The notes under the pieces were generated by a model that was not told the origin of the DNA, did no database searches, and was given only the letters and a program-made list of their open reading frames with translations. Source: Camelus dromedarius (lineage: Eukaryota). From it: a stretch of 64,000 nucleotides of DNA. Location of the stretch: assembly GCF_036321535.1 (NCBI RefSeq), contig NC_087436.1, forward strand, positions 87,422,001 to 87,486,000, in the 5' to 3' direction. Of this stretch, positions 24,572 through 38,029 are shown one piece after another; the stretch's first letter is position 1; each line of letters begins with the position of its first letter. The position numbers and the translations under genes are program-made.

Positions 24572-25100
24572 TTTTTTTAAATTTTTTTAATATATAAACT
24601 TTTTTATTGAATTATAGTCATTTTACAATGTTGTGTCAAATTCCAGTGTGGAGCACAATTTTTCAGTTATACATGAACATACATACATTCATTGTGACAT
24701 TTTTTTTCACTGTGAGCCACAACAAGATCCTGTATATATTTCCATGTGCTACACAGTACAATCTTGTTTATCTATTCTACATTTTGAAATCCCTTTTCCT
24801 TCCCAACCCCCATCCCCCTGGCAACCACAAGTTTGTATTCTGTGTCTATGAGTCTGTTTCTGTTTTGTATTTTTGTTTTTGTTTTTTTTAGATTCCGCAT
24901 ATGAGTGATCTCATATGGTATTTTTCTTTCTCTTTCTGGCTTACTTCACTTAGAGTGACATTCTCTGGGAACATCATGTTGCTGCAAATGGCGTTATGTT
25001 GTCGGTTTTTATGGCTGAGTAGCGTTCCATTGTATAAATATACCACATCTTCTTTATCCAGCCATCTGTTGATGGACATTTAGGCTGTTTCCATGTCTTG
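24572..25100 (-). mobile_element. Young 5'-truncated LINE-1 3' end
   Basis: Poly(T) head, L1 3'UTR and ORF2 end in antisense. Perfect 16-bp TSD gctatgcattgtttta (24556-24571, 25101-25116). Highly similar to 62172-62652. Confidence 0.95.
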
Positions 25101-25309
25101 GCTATGCATTGTTTTAGATTGCACCCTTCCAAGTTATCCTGCTCTAACCTTTCATTGTCTTTCAGTTATTTTACAATTCTATACATTGTGAATAACTGAC
25201 AGCAATGCAAAAATAGTTCTTGTACATAGGTGTGCCCATCCGGTAGACATTCACTTGACTTCCCTCCCATACTGTGGGAGAAACCAGTTCTGCTTCCACT
25301 TGCAAATCA

Positions 25310-25470
25310 TCTCATCAGGAGAAGCCACAAAGAGAGTTCTCACCAGAAACCAGCCTTGCTGGACCTTGATCTGGACTTCAGTCTTGAGAACTGTGAGAAA
25401 ATAAATTAGCATTATTTACATTACCTGGTCTGTGGCATTTCCTTATGGCAGCTTGAGCAGACGAAGGTAC
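25310..25470 (+). mobile_element. MaLR MLT1 (A-C-like) LTR 3' half
   Basis: 'ccagaaaccagccttgctggaccttgatctggacttc...agaactgtgagaaaataaatt...ggcatttccttatggcagc'. Confidence 0.8.
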
Positions 25471-26422
25471 CGTCATGCCTAGTGATTTCATGACAGTCCT
25501 TAGATGGAGGACTCCAGAGTTTACTTGGCCATTCTTCTATTGATGAACATTTGGAGTATTTCTGTTTCTTAAATTCACAACTTGGGGCATCTCTCACATT
25601 TAGTAGCACTATTTCTTGAGGGAGATTCCCCAGAAGAGGACAGCTGAGTCGAAGAGTATGGAAAGTTTTCAGGCTCTTGACCCATTTTGCCAGGTTGCTC
25701 TCCAAAACCGTGAACGGGAATTCTCTTTTCTTGCCAAAGGGCTGTGCAGTTCATATTGATTCTTGTGTTCACCCTAGTCAGTTCCAAAGTCAAAGCCAGG
25801 TTTTACTAGTTTTAAAAATATATTCTATTATATTATATAGGAAATAGTATTATCTCAGTTTGGGGCTGGCTTTTAATTAAAAAACATTAAAAACATAAAA
25901 GAATACAGCTAACATTAATCCCTAGAGCCAGGTGTAGATGACTTCATTCATCAGAATTCTCTCTCAGAGAATACTGTGTGTATTCAGAAGAGATGTTTTG
26001 ATGAGATGAATGGGGTAGAGATGGGACACCAAAAAGCAGGCGCATATATAAAAAGATGGTGACTGACTGCTATACCCTGGCCTCCTAAAACATCCCTTGA
26101 CAGATGGCAGGCACTCAGTAAATACTTACTGAATGTATGAATTATGGAGTCTGTTTTCTAAGGAGTCTAGGTTCTACTACCTGGAGAATCCTTTCTTGTT
26201 CTGGGTCCTTGCGATGAGTTTCCCAGTTTAGAAGCAGGAATAGAGGCAGCTAAGTTGATCTGCCAAATAGAGAGGGGGAGAATTTGAACCTCCTGGGGTA
26301 ATCTTAGAGTGAGAGAGTAGAGAAAGGACAGGTGGGTGCTTTCATGGAGAAGAAGGTGGGGAGGGAAGGATTCAGGATGGATGGGGATGTTGAGACAGGA
26401 TTTTGGAGAATATAGACATCTT

Positions 26423-26940
26423 TTAAAAAATGTTTTAATTGAAGTACAATCAGTTTACAATGTTGTGCTAATTTCTGGTGTACAGCACAGCACACATATA
26501 TTCCTTTTAATATTTTTTATTATAGGTCATTATAAGGTATTGAATATAGTTTCCTGTGCTATACAGTAGAACCTTGTTGTTTACCTATTTTATATATAGT
26601 AGTTAGTATCTGCAGATCCCAAATTCCCAATTTATCCCTTCCCACCCCTTTTCCCTCCTGGTAACCACAAGTTGGTTTTCTATGTCTGTAAGTCTGTTTC
26701 TGTCTTGTAAATAAGTTCATTTATCTCCTTTTTTAAGATTCCATATATAGGTGTTATCATATGGTTTTTTTCTTTCTCTTTCTGGCTTACTTCACTTAGT
26801 ACGACAATTTCCAGGTCCATCCATGATGCTGCAAATGGCATTATTTTATTCCTTTTTATGGTTGACTACTATTCCATTGTATAAATATATTATGTCTTCT
26901 TTATCCAGTCATCTGTCGATGGATATTTAGGTTGTTTCCA
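26423..26940 (-). mobile_element. 5'-truncated LINE-1 3' end
   Basis: 'ttaattgaagtacaatcagtttacaatgttgtg...ccagtcatctgtcgatggatatttaggttgtttcca'. Decayed TSD gagaatatagacatctt / gagaacatgaacacctt. Confidence 0.92.
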
Positions 26941-28554
26941 GAGAACATGAACACCTTAGAGGGAATTTTTCAGTGGCTTGCTGTGGGATGAGTAATATAA
27001 ACCCTCTCCTCTGTCTCCTCTTCAGTGTTTACCAAAAGCTGACTTACTTACCAATGCTTTTGTGTGAGTGGATTCAAAGAGGTATTGAGCTCCCTATCCA
27101 TGACCACACGGGGGGCCAGAGAGACAGGGAGTGAGCACACAGGTGTGGAAGAGTGAAGTGGCAGTTGCATAAATGAAAGAATGAGAGAGAGAGAGAGAAA
27201 TCCCTTTCCTAAAGCATCCCCCTCTGTCTGGTGAGCAGTGTGCCCAGGGCTGTTTTAAAGCACAGGTGGCTCAAAGCATGGTCTAGAGTAAGTGGCCGGG
27301 GTGTCGGGTGCCTTTGGGCAAGCATTTGTACGGTTTTGAGTTTTATTGCTCATTTCCTGTTGCACCTTATTGAAAGAACATGTCTGTGACTTTTCACACA
27401 CTGCTTCTAAAATGTATAAAAATGGCAGAGCTGGCAAGCTTTGAGTTTCAAGGACGGGTTTCTTTTAAACTTCATATCTAAAAATGAATCCCGTCAGTTT
27501 TATAGACCTTCTGTCCCTTGTTCCAATTTTGAATTCTGTTACACAGTCAATCCAGTGTGGCTGTAGGCTCTCATGGGGCTTTTAGAATTTCATTATCATT
27601 TGATATGTGCACCTGCAATCTACATTAGAACTAAGAGGAAACAGCCCTGCTCTCACTGTTTGAGGTCCACCTTTCTGGCGCATGAAAACTGTAAGCCTGA
27701 TTGAATTACCTCCATATTCAAGGCTGACCCCACACTCTTGTCTTCTGTCTCCTGAATAGTAGCAGAAGGCATTATACTTTTCACAAAACTTTGCATAATT
27801 GCCTTTTTAACAACTTCAGTGAAGCTAAAAGTGGTTAATGGGCAAACTATTTTTCAACTGTGGAAGCCAGGGTATATAGCAAAGGAGCCAGGACAGCAGC
27901 ATGCTTGGTTGTCAACCTAGTAAGTAGATTGGCCACCTCTCCATTTAGTCTTCCCTCCTGGCTAGGGACCATTATTACTCTTACCTTTTAAGAACAGTTG
28001 AAACGTTGCTTCTCAAAGTTACAGGAAAAAAATAGGACAAGTCAGATTTATGACCACATTAAAAGCTTAGAAAAAACATCCAGAGGGTTGTTTCTAAACT
28101 CTAAACTCACTCTTTTATTCCTATTAAATTTTCCTCTTATTATTTGTTTTGATGTTCTCATTACAAATATGATTCACGGTAATAAAAAAAAACATAAAAT
28201 ACAGAAAAGGGATTCTTGATTTTCCAGTCTCATAACCTAATTGATCTTTTGGTTGAAGGTGATAAACGATCCTCCAGTGTAGGGAGTTATTAGTTCAAAC
28301 AGCTGATCTATTCCAGGGCTCTCAAATCTTTTCTTGGAGTGTGATCCATGATTTTAAATACATAATGTTTAGATATTGAATAAATTCTCCCCTTATCTTT
28401 TTTACAGACGCACATAAAATAAAACAGAATTTTCGTAAAAGAATACTTATCCTTCTTACATAGGATATGCATTGATACTTCCCATTCTGCTCTTTTACTT
28501 AAAAAAAAAAATCTGTTCTGGTTCCCTTCCAATCTTAAATAAATATTTTCTTAA

Positions 28555-29420
28555 ATACAGATTCCTAGCCTTGACCAATGAAAAGATATCAAAATAATAA
28601 CCAACCCAATAGCAATCAGTATCCTAGTGCCCAGATGTGCTCTCTAAATAGAATTTCCCACTGAAAAGAACCAGGTCTCTTCGAAAAAAATAGTTTTGGT
28701 CTGGGAGAGAAAATATTTTAAAAGGGCCCCAAATAATTGTTCTATTAGAAAGGAAGGAAAGTGTTAAAGACCACTGGGGTCACGTCACAATGACTCAGGA
28801 GGTTCCCTGAAGAGGTTCCCACAGACCAAAGATGGGACAATTTAAGCAGCAATAGTAATTTTATTACTATTATAATAAAAATAATAACTGCTGTGGATTG
28901 AGATGCATCAAATATATTAAAATCTATGAGTCTATAATGATACCCAAAAAACTCTAATTGGTCATCTCTGAAGGATACTAGGAGCCAACTTATAATTCTA
29001 GAAATTGACAAATGAGGGGAAACACTCAAGCATTTTGGATGGACTGTATGTATCCCAAGAAAACCAAATAATTGGTTAAGGAAAATTTGTCTTTATAGGA
29101 GAAATTAGGCCAATAAATGCATAAAGATATTTAACTTCGAATGTACTCCATTTTTCATGAGTTGGTATAAAAGGGTGATATTCTAATGAAATAATGGATC
29201 TAGGTAATCATCACTAATACTTGCTAAAATCATTCAGTCCAAACAGATGCCAGAATCAGTCTGGTAACATCTGAGCCCACTGACCAATCTTAACCTCACG
29301 AAAAGGAAGACGACCAAACATTCTGCAATGCAGTCAGAAGTTCTCAACATCTGCAAAAGTAATCGTGCAGAAAACAGAAACTAGTTCTGATCAAACTTTT
29401 AACTCTATGTCCTATTTTAT
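28555..29420 (+). mobile_element. Ancient L1MC-like 3' region
   Basis: 'acccaatagcaatcagtatcctagtgcccagatgtg...ccaaagatgggacaatttaagcagc' resembles the L1MC4/5 3'UTR. Confidence 0.65.
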
Positions 29421-29748
29421 AGGAAATGCAGAGGAACATAATAAATGTTGGCAAAAACCACAACAAAAAGGAGGCTGGAGAAGTGCCATCCGAGGCAAAG
29501 CTGGAGGGGAATTGTCTGCTGAAGTTGCAGTTGGCCGGGTCCAGCGAGGGAACCCCAAACAGCCCACAAATGCACTTCAAAAAAGAAAAGGGGGAAAGAT
29601 TTGAACCTCCATCAGGCTCCAAGAAACTCAGCTTCAAACTTCTGCCAGGGCCAGAGGGAACCTACACCAGATTACATGGGTGTCAGACAAACACACCATT
29701 CCTGTCCCTGACTCTCCCGCCTCCTCCATTTCAATCCTGGAGGCCCCC

Positions 29749-29764
29749 CGGCCACCTGGTGGGG
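29749..29764 (-). promoter_or_regulatory. CTCF-like motif
   Basis: Minus strand CCCCACCAGGTGGCCG; motif match only. Confidence 0.45.
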
Positions 29765-31764
29765 TGAGGGTGCAGGTAGGGGGGCAGAGCACTGGCAGGT
29801 GAATCTCATCAAGCAAACCTTGTGGGGGTTGTGGGGTGAGAGCCTCTACTTCAAAGGAAATATAAACTTTTTACTCTGAACTGTGACTAGTATTTAATCC
29901 CAGAAGTGCGACTATTCTTATAATGAAAAGAAACATACATTTTGTGAGAAAAACATAAGCATTAGACAGAACAAGTTTGAACAGTGAGTCAGGGGAGGCA
30001 GAAGGGGAGAAAAGCGGCATTGTTTTCTGTCCCTGGACTCACCAGTTCTGTTTAGCGGTGTGGTGCATGCAGTGTATTCCGGTTTAGCAAAGATAAGCTG
30101 TTTTGTTTTGGACCCCACTCACTTATTGGGGTATAGAGAGTGTTATTCACCAGACATCCCTGTAAGGAGAGCTTTGCATTTGTTTGAAAGAAATACTTGG
30201 ATAACTCATTGAAGGCAGTGAGGGAGACTCCCAAGGGCACATTCAAGCAGCAAGGATGACGCTAAACTCCTCGACAAAGGGGAAAGAACAAGAGTGAGGG
30301 ACTGTGTGTTGTGCAAAGTGACCACCTCCCCAGGACCCTCAGATCTTTGATACTAGAAACTCACGTACATCAGGTGCAAGTGGATGCTCCCGTCTAGGAA
30401 TCAGTGAAAGGCTGAGGTCCACACGGGACCCTCAGTTAGTCTATGTGACACCTTTGTACAATTTAGAAAAGGCAACCCCTCAGGTGAAACAAGTCACAAA
30501 ATGGTGTGTCCTTTGGGTATTACCTAAAACACCCCTTCCTCTGGGCTTTCCTCGGAAAGCTGAGCTGTAACTGGTTTTAGTTGCCATCCTGTCCCTGGAC
30601 AGGACAGCTACATGCAGGGTCCAGGCTGGTTCTGTGTCCAGGTGAGCAGCTGTCCTGATTCTCAGCTCAGGTTGATAGATGAAGAAACAGCACAAATGGG
30701 CAAGGAGCCCGAAGGCAAAGATGACTATCAAAGTATAAGCCCCAAGACTTTGCAGGAAAAATGAAGAAGGGCTGTGGAATTGGGATTTCAGGCCATCTTC
30801 TATAATTTTGCAAGTCAGTCTGTACATACATGTCAACTTCTGTGTACTCTCTCCGTGGTTTATGTAATCTTGCCAAATTGTATATTGTTCAGGGGATAAA
30901 AATCTCAGGGCTGCCTCATCCATCACTATGCACCATTCCTAACAACTGGATAAAAGAAACTAATCCAAATGAACTAATGAGGTGTGTGGCCTGCACCGGA
31001 CTTTTTTCAGGATCCGCTCTCATCTCCACAGCCAGGGCTCAGCCCTTCTCTGCCAGGTGGCCGGCCAAGCTCCAAGGGGTCCATGGGCAGCCGAGCTTGT
31101 CCAGGGACATCCCCCAGCTGCCTCTGCACACTCCACACTTTGTTTCCAGGGGAACCAGATAGCAGGTCTGGATAGGTGGTCCCCTGAAGGAAAAACAAGG
31201 TGTACAGGCACAGAAAATAAACAGGGAGGAGAAACAGACAAAAGCAGCTGCTAGTGGGAAAATGTGGGCAGCCTGCTGAATGGCAGCCTGAGATGCCAAT
31301 GGAGGAGAACGCCCTCACTGGGTCTGCCTCTGAGCACAAACCCAGGGTGTCTTCTGGGACTGGGAGCCTGTGCCATCTCTGTGGTCAGATGGGGCAACAA
31401 CAGCTGCCTTGTATTGACAGGCAAGCACCTGAGTGGGCAAGGTCCAGAGTGGAGGGATGTGGTGGGCGGCTGGCACCCTGGGAAAAGGAGGTCAACTCGA
31501 GAGGTGAATGAATCATGGCTGTGAGGCTGGAATCAGGAGGGGAGAAGGGAAAGATGGTGAAAGCCACAGGTCACAAGGAGGAGTGCTCTGGGCTGTGCTC
31601 TGGTGAGTGAGCTGAGGAGAGACCTGCGGTCACACTGGCCCCCCCCTCCCGACTGGGGCTTCCTATGGGCATTTGGAGCAATTCCGAGGATACATCTTTT
31701 AGTAGCAGGAACTAAAAACTTAAAAGTCGTGGTGGTGGGGCAGTGAAAATGTTCAAGGGAGGGT

Positions 31765-31914
31765 GTGAGGAAACACACTCTCATTCATTTATGTGTTGTT
31801 CACAGCTTCTTCTCACACTACAATGACAGAGTTGAGTAGTTCCAAAAGAGGTATGGCCTCCAAAGCCTAAAATATTTACTATGACTTTTTACAGGAAAAG
31901 TTTGCTGACTCCTG
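31765..31914. mobile_element. MER58A-like hAT MITE, one half
   Basis: 'cactacaatgacagagttgagtagtt...aaagcctaaaatatttactat...tttacaggaaaagtttgctgactcctg'. Confidence 0.8.
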
Positions 31915-33654
31915 GCTCAGACCGTTCAGGACTTACCATCAAGGCTGGGGCTGAGCCAGGACCCCCGATGCACTTAGCCACCTGCAGGAGGGAGATGACC
32001 CAACCAAACTGGGTTTCTTTGGAAAGGAGGAAGCAAGCATGAAATAGAATTTCCCCTCCCCACCCCCAGCCGCAACTCACTAAGTAGTCCAAGGGTCGGG
32101 ATATCCCAAGCCATGTCAATCCAATGTTTTGAACTCGAAGACAAGGAGAGGGCCTGTCTCCCCCTGGTGTCTTGACTGGCAAAATGAGCCTGAGAGTTGC
32201 CAATTTCCTGGTGCTGTTAACGTCGCCAGTCTAACAGAATGGAGCACGTTTCAGAAACAAGAGTTGGAGAAGAGGAGAGAGCATGCTGGTGGTGTTCATG
32301 TCCCTGGTTCCAGGTGGGGCCTAACTGCAGACAGCATCTTCCAGAGATTCAGGCCAGAGCCAAGGCATTCTCCATGTCACCCATGCAAATTTAACGTCAG
32401 TGTAATGCTTCAGTTTCAGACAAATGGGGCCAAATCGCTGCAGGCTTCAGAATTTACTATCCATCTGGGGAGCTGTGTCTTTCCTCCTAAAAAGGGAACA
32501 AATACCAGAAGGCCAACACTAAGGACAAAAGCATACACTAAGCCAGAAGTGCCGAAAGACTTCAGAAGAAAGCGGGATGGTGATGAGTTTGTGTGTTTAA
32601 AGAAAAGTTATGAATGCAGGTAAAGGAGGAAAGGTTCAGGAGTCTCATAGCTGGAAAACTGCCTGGGCAGAGCCAGAGGTGAAAATGCACAAAGCAGATT
32701 CAGAGTGGACCTGTCTGACCAATTCTGTGGCTTGCAGATGAGTAGAGGGTCTTCAAAAGCCACGTGAATCCACTAGATGTGCAGGGGGCTGCCATGATGC
32801 TTTTAGTAGCTATTATTATTATCTGTTCAGATTCTAATGTAGTTTCACTTCCATACCTGGAATGTGCAGTAAAATTCTGAATTCTCTTTTATAGCCTCTC
32901 CTCCTTAGGAAAGCACTATCAGGGGAGTTTAGATATTTTTCAATGGCCTTCCAAAATTACACATCAGCCACCAAGTCAGAATGACCCGGCTCCACCAAGT
33001 ATTACTGAACTGAACAAGTCAGGAGAGCTTCCCGCACTCCATCATTTCCTAAGTCAGCCTTTTTGACACTTTGAAAGATGAGGCAGGGAAACTGCTGGTC
33101 TCCTGGTAATTATCACCACCTGCTCTCTGAGCAGCGCTCCCCCAGTAACATCTCCCCACAGAAAAGAGATGGGGGAGAGGGAGGGAGCCAGCCCTGCAGA
33201 CTTGGCAGGTCTGCCTGGCGAGTGTCACTTCTCTGCAGGGTCACAGTCTCCTGTTCTGGGAACCCGCTCGCCTTTGGCAAAGTTGGGAACTGACCAACAT
33301 GTCTTTGAGGCTACCTATGTTCTTTTATTGCTTTCTTCTAAACCATCTTGCTCAATTTTCTACCTTTTCCAGGCTCCTGCAGGCTGCCTGGTGCAATTTT
33401 GCTGTCAGGATCTCATTCCATAAGATTATACAAAACCCCTCGCGGTGAAAATACCTGGGGATCATGCCCACCGCCTGCTTAGCCTTCCTGCTTTCAGCTG
33501 TACTCCCTCCAAGGCAGCCCTCCACACTATGGCTAGTCTGAACTTTGGGAAGTGTAGCCCTGATCCCATAAACCCCTCCCACCTAGATTAAAATCCTCCA
33601 GCGAGCCTACACTGCCTGATGAATAGATTTCAAATTCCTTGATATGATGCAGAC

Positions 33655-33808
33655 CTGTGGTTCTCAAAGTGGGTCCCCAACCAGAAGCAGCATCCCCGGC
33701 ACCTCCACCCAGACCTACAGAATCAGAAACCCTGGGCTGGGGTCCAACAATCCGTATTTAACAAGCCCTCTTGGTGACTCTGATGTAAGGTCAAGTTTGA
33801 GCTCACTG
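33655..33808. mobile_element. MER5A/MER5A1 MITE
   Basis: 'gtggttctcaaagtgggtcccc...cacccagacctacagaatcagaaacc...tttaacaagccctc...caagtttgag'. Confidence 0.8.
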
Positions 33809-35847
33809 CTGCCCAATGTACTTCCAAAGATGACAGACACCTCACGCGATCTGTCAATCTTCCCAAGCTTCAGTGTCTACCTGGCGTGCTGTGTTAAGGG
33901 TGCTGAAGCCTCAGCCTTCGTGAATCAGGCAGGAGAACGGCTCCAAGTTTGATTAGCGACACCTACGTGTGTAAAGGATAGCGTGATCTAGACACAATGT
34001 CGGGCACTTTCCAGTCTCATTCCAGCCATAGATTTTCAATCCCCCCAATTCACCGAAGCTTGTGTTGAATTGACTTGATAGAGACACCAGCTACCCTGGC
34101 AGAAAAATGTGTATTTCAAATGATGATAGCTTAAATGCAGCCCTAAAGAACCCATTCCTAAGAAGGAATTGGAGGGTTCTGGTACCAGGGTGGGGCTTGA
34201 GGGGAGGGGTGCTGTGCAGTGGAGCCAGGCTGTACCTACTTTCCTGTGTGTGCTTAGCTGTAATGATTAGGGGCAGGGAGAAGGGCTCAGCCACGGGGCA
34301 GAAAGGAGACACCCCGTGTGAGGCAAGCCAGCCCCGTCGTCTGTCGCTGGAGATGGATACCATGGCGAGGTTCCTGCTCAGGATCCCCAAGTCCTAAGGG
34401 GGCATTTAAGTGCGATGCTTAATTTTTCCTACACTAGAGGCAGAGGGCAAGGAGGCCAGACGGGGAGGGGCCAGAGGGATGGTGGGAGCCAACACAGCTG
34501 GAAGCGATTAAGACCCCGCCCGGAGGCAGCAGACAGGTAATCGTCTGGGACGGGTAGCGCTGCAGAAAGAAACCTTTGCCCCAGAAGTGTTTGGCAGCCC
34601 CCTCTGCTATATTTTGACTCAGTGTCTGACATGGCTGTGGAGGCTTCCGTGGTAAAGAATGAAAAGAGTTTAGCAAGTTCCTTTGCACTCTGGAGACGGG
34701 GGCTATTTCTGTTAGCTTCACGTGCACAAGGGGCAAGATGCTCCTTCCAGACCCATCTGAAGAAAAATAGAGTTTAGAATTTCTTGCGAACCTTTTTCCT
34801 CTCCTGAAGACTGAGGCTTAAATTTCCTGCTTGGGACATTCAGCTGCACTTTCTGTCAGATGACTCTGCAAGGCACACTCGGTCCCTCTCCTTGTCTCCT
34901 CACTCCCCACCGCCCACCCTCTACCCCCTGCCATCTGTCCCAGGACTGGCCAGGGGCCACCGCTACCATGACAGCAACAAAGCCCCTCTCCTCCTTCTAC
35001 CTGAGAATGTCACCCCTTCCTGGAAACCCTGAAGTGCATCTTTCCTCCTGGATATTAAATCAAACTCTTATGTTTTCATTTTTCGAGGAAATCTACTTAC
35101 CAAAAAAGTGTGCTCTATGTCCCTCTTTGTTATGGGAGAAAAAGTGCCCCCCGGGATTTATTGACAATGATCCACATGTGAAATATTCTAGCAGGGCCTG
35201 CAGCAATCCCCTCGTCAAAATACGCAAAGAAGGAATGCCAACAAAAATAGGCTTGTGTCCTATCTTAGAAATTTCCCCCATGCCCCTCTCCAGGAAAAAG
35301 AACAAACTAAAATGTGGAGGCATCCTGGGGAACCCTGCCTGACACACTGTTTGCCCTGAATTGAGCCGGCTTTGCAGGGCGACAATCTGCAGGCTATTAG
35401 GCCTAATTTTCTGAGTCCCTGTAAGTTGTATCAGGCCTGCCACGCTGGCTGTTAAACATCAGTTAAGACCTAATTAATTTAACTGCTCTGACAAGTTTAA
35501 ATTAGTTCCCACAGAGACTGTAATTTGCTTTTTCCCAACTGATAGTGCTACAGGCATATTGAAAACATGACTTTAAAAAAATGTAACCAAGTAGTATATG
35601 TTCATCATAGAAAAGTCAGAGAATAATGAAAATCAAAATAAGAAGATTTAAAAAATCACATAATTTTATCATACAGCTATAAACACTATAAACATCTTGC
35701 TGTAAATCCTTTCCCCTTTTTTGTATGGGTCCTGAGAGGTGATATTTCAAAACCTATGAATGAGCATTTCTCTTTTTGCATTTTCATGTTCACAACTCAG
35801 GATAGGATTCTACAGACTGAACGTGAAAGCAAAGTACTGTTCAAAGG

Positions 35848-36108
35848 TTTTTTTTTTTAATTGAGATGTAATTGTCATACAACATTATATTAGCTTCAGA
35901 TGTACAACATAGTGATTCAATATTTGTATATATTGTGAAAGGATTACAATAAGTCTATTACCATCTGTCACTATATTTACATTTTTTCTTGTAGCTTTTA
36001 AGATCTACTCTCTTAGCAACTTTTGAATATGCAGTATGGTGTTATTAACTATAGTTTACCATGCTGAATATTACATCCCCATGACTTATTTATTTTATAA
36101 CTGGAAGT
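35848..36108 (-). mobile_element. L1MA9-like 3' terminal fragment
   Basis: Poly(T) then 'aattgagatgtaattg...gtacaacatagtgattc...taagatctactctcttagcaactt...tattaactatag...atttattttataactggaagt'. Confidence 0.85.
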
Positions 36109-36109
36109 G

Positions 36110-36667
36110 GGGGGAAGTCGAAAGCCCACATTCATGTGTAGATAAACTATGGAGAGGGACAGGGAGAAAGAGGCCAGATAAGGACACGTAGAGCTCAGTC
36201 TCTGCTCTAAGACAGAGGGATGTGTCAGGTAGGATGAGAGGAAACCCAAGGATAAAGGACTTTTGCCCACGTGATATATCTGAGTTACTCAGTGTAAGGC
36301 TGGGTGTGGTTTTCTCAACTGTAATCAGTTCCTTGTATCTGCCATTGGAAAATTTCTACTGTAACCAAGGGGCTCGACTATACATCATAGCCCGGTGTTA
36401 CCTCAGGGATGATGAGCAGTAGATGAGGAAGATCTCAGAAGCTGAGTACACAGATCCACAAGGGACTATGTTACCTCAACAGATTGTCCATAATATGGAA
36501 GAGTTGATCCAATTGGACTAACTGTATCCAACCCCCATTTCTCCCTAGTCAGGTAGGGAGCTTGTGAGGAGACTCAAATCAATCATCAGTTAGTAAAGAA
36601 ACTACTATTTTTTTCCCCTGCACATTTGAATGTAGTCTGAGTGAATTTTCCCACCCCAAAACTTACA
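36110..36667 (+). mobile_element. Possible ancient Gypsy-like (MamGypLTR-type) LTR relic
   Basis: The end 'gtaaagaaactact...tgcacatttgaatgtagtctgagtg...ttaca' resembles these LTR termini; weak. Confidence 0.35.
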
Positions 36668-37100
36668 TAGAAAAATGTCTGGAAATGCAGGAGCTGGGAT
36701 TAGAAAATGCAGGCTGATAATGTAAGCTACTTACCACCATGCCCCAGAGATTTGCCGGGCAAACCAAAAATCACTTAGCCGCCCCAGAATACCTACCTGG
36801 ACATCGGGGTCCTGGAGGAGGGCACTTGAGCTATGTGGGACTGAAGTTCAGACATCAGTGGTGGACAGGGTGGGGACAGGGTCACAGCTTTGATTTCGAA
36901 GAGCAACTCCAGGGCTTCTTGAATAAAGAGGGCTCCACTGCGGGGTCGGGTTTGGTGGCAGGAGGGAGGTCAGAGGTCAGAGGGTGTCTGGACAAAGGAA
37001 GGGGCTGGGTCTGAATCCCCTACGGCCCAGTCCCGCTGCAGCTGCTGTGGGCCCTGTGAAGGAAGGGGTGGGGTTCAGGGGTACACAACATCCAGGGAAA

Positions 37101-37424
37101 TACATTACATCCCCAGTCTCTCAAAAACAATTCAAAAATCCTCAAAGTCTGAGCAAGAAAAGTTATTTCCAAGTTGGACACAAACTCATTTAGTAAGAAT
37201 GAGTTTAACTCATTCCTAAACTAAGCTGAAGCTCTCTCTGGGTTTCTGTTTATTCCTGTTAGTATGAATATTCTTACATTTCACTGCAGAAATAGTAATA
37301 ACCCCAGACCAGGGTGTTATGTAATACACAGCATATTCACCAAATTGTCTAGCTAAAATTTAAAAAATTCTGATTTTGAAACACATTTCACCATGAGTTC
37401 CAGATAAACGATTCATAATCTGTA
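37101..37424. mobile_element. Ancient TcMar-Tigger-type MITE
   Basis: TACA...TGTA termini; internal 'tgaatattcttacatttcactgcagaaata...ccccagacc...aaaaattctgattttgaaacacat'. Confidence 0.55.
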
Positions 37425-37869
37425 TTTCAGGATTGTCCTTGCCACCCATGCAATGCACAGTCTTAACTGGGGAAAATTATCTTTGCAATCCTGGCATTAG
37501 TCTTCATCTAATACTTTCAAGGAGATTACAGAATTTCATCTCACAGATACAATTGGCATTTATTTCCTTTCTCTGATTTTTAATGCTGATTCAATGGATA
37601 AATAAAAATTTAGCCAACTTTTTATTTCCAGTTTATGAGGAAACAGGAAATACCATTATTTTTTTCCAGTTTTTATTTACTTTACTTTGTATGCTTTATT
37701 CAAATTGTATGGAGTAGAGATATAATCAGGCAGTGGATGAATGGCTAATTATTGTGCAATATTAAATATCTGAGGGTGCACTTTAGAACTATGTACCATT
37801 TAATGTAATCCTAATTGCATTTGCCATTTCATCTATTTACCATAATCCTCATGAAATGATAAAATGTAA

Positions 37870-38015
37870 TTTTACAACTACCATTTCATGTAATCCTCAT
37901 GAAAAGTTTGTCAAGTAGTATTCCCAAATGTGTAGTTGAGCAAACTAAAGCTCAGAGAGGTTAAGTAAGTTGCCCAAGGTCACACAGCCAGGAAGTAACA
38001 GAACCAGGTTTCCCT
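37870..38015 (-). mobile_element. MIR SINE
   Basis: 'aaactaaagctcagagaggttaagtaagttgcccaaggtcacacagc'. Confidence 0.85.
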
Positions 38016-38029
38016 GCCTCAGTCCTTCT

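Noticed and set aside
24607..24891. Apparent paralogous small proteins here and at 62332-62602
   Set aside because: The similarity arises because both are antisense frames of the same young L1 3'UTR.
29365..35443. Cluster of overlapping 60-164 aa ORFs
   Set aside because: Expected in moderately GC-rich sequence. They lie on both strands, show no recognisable homology and have no consistent exon structure.
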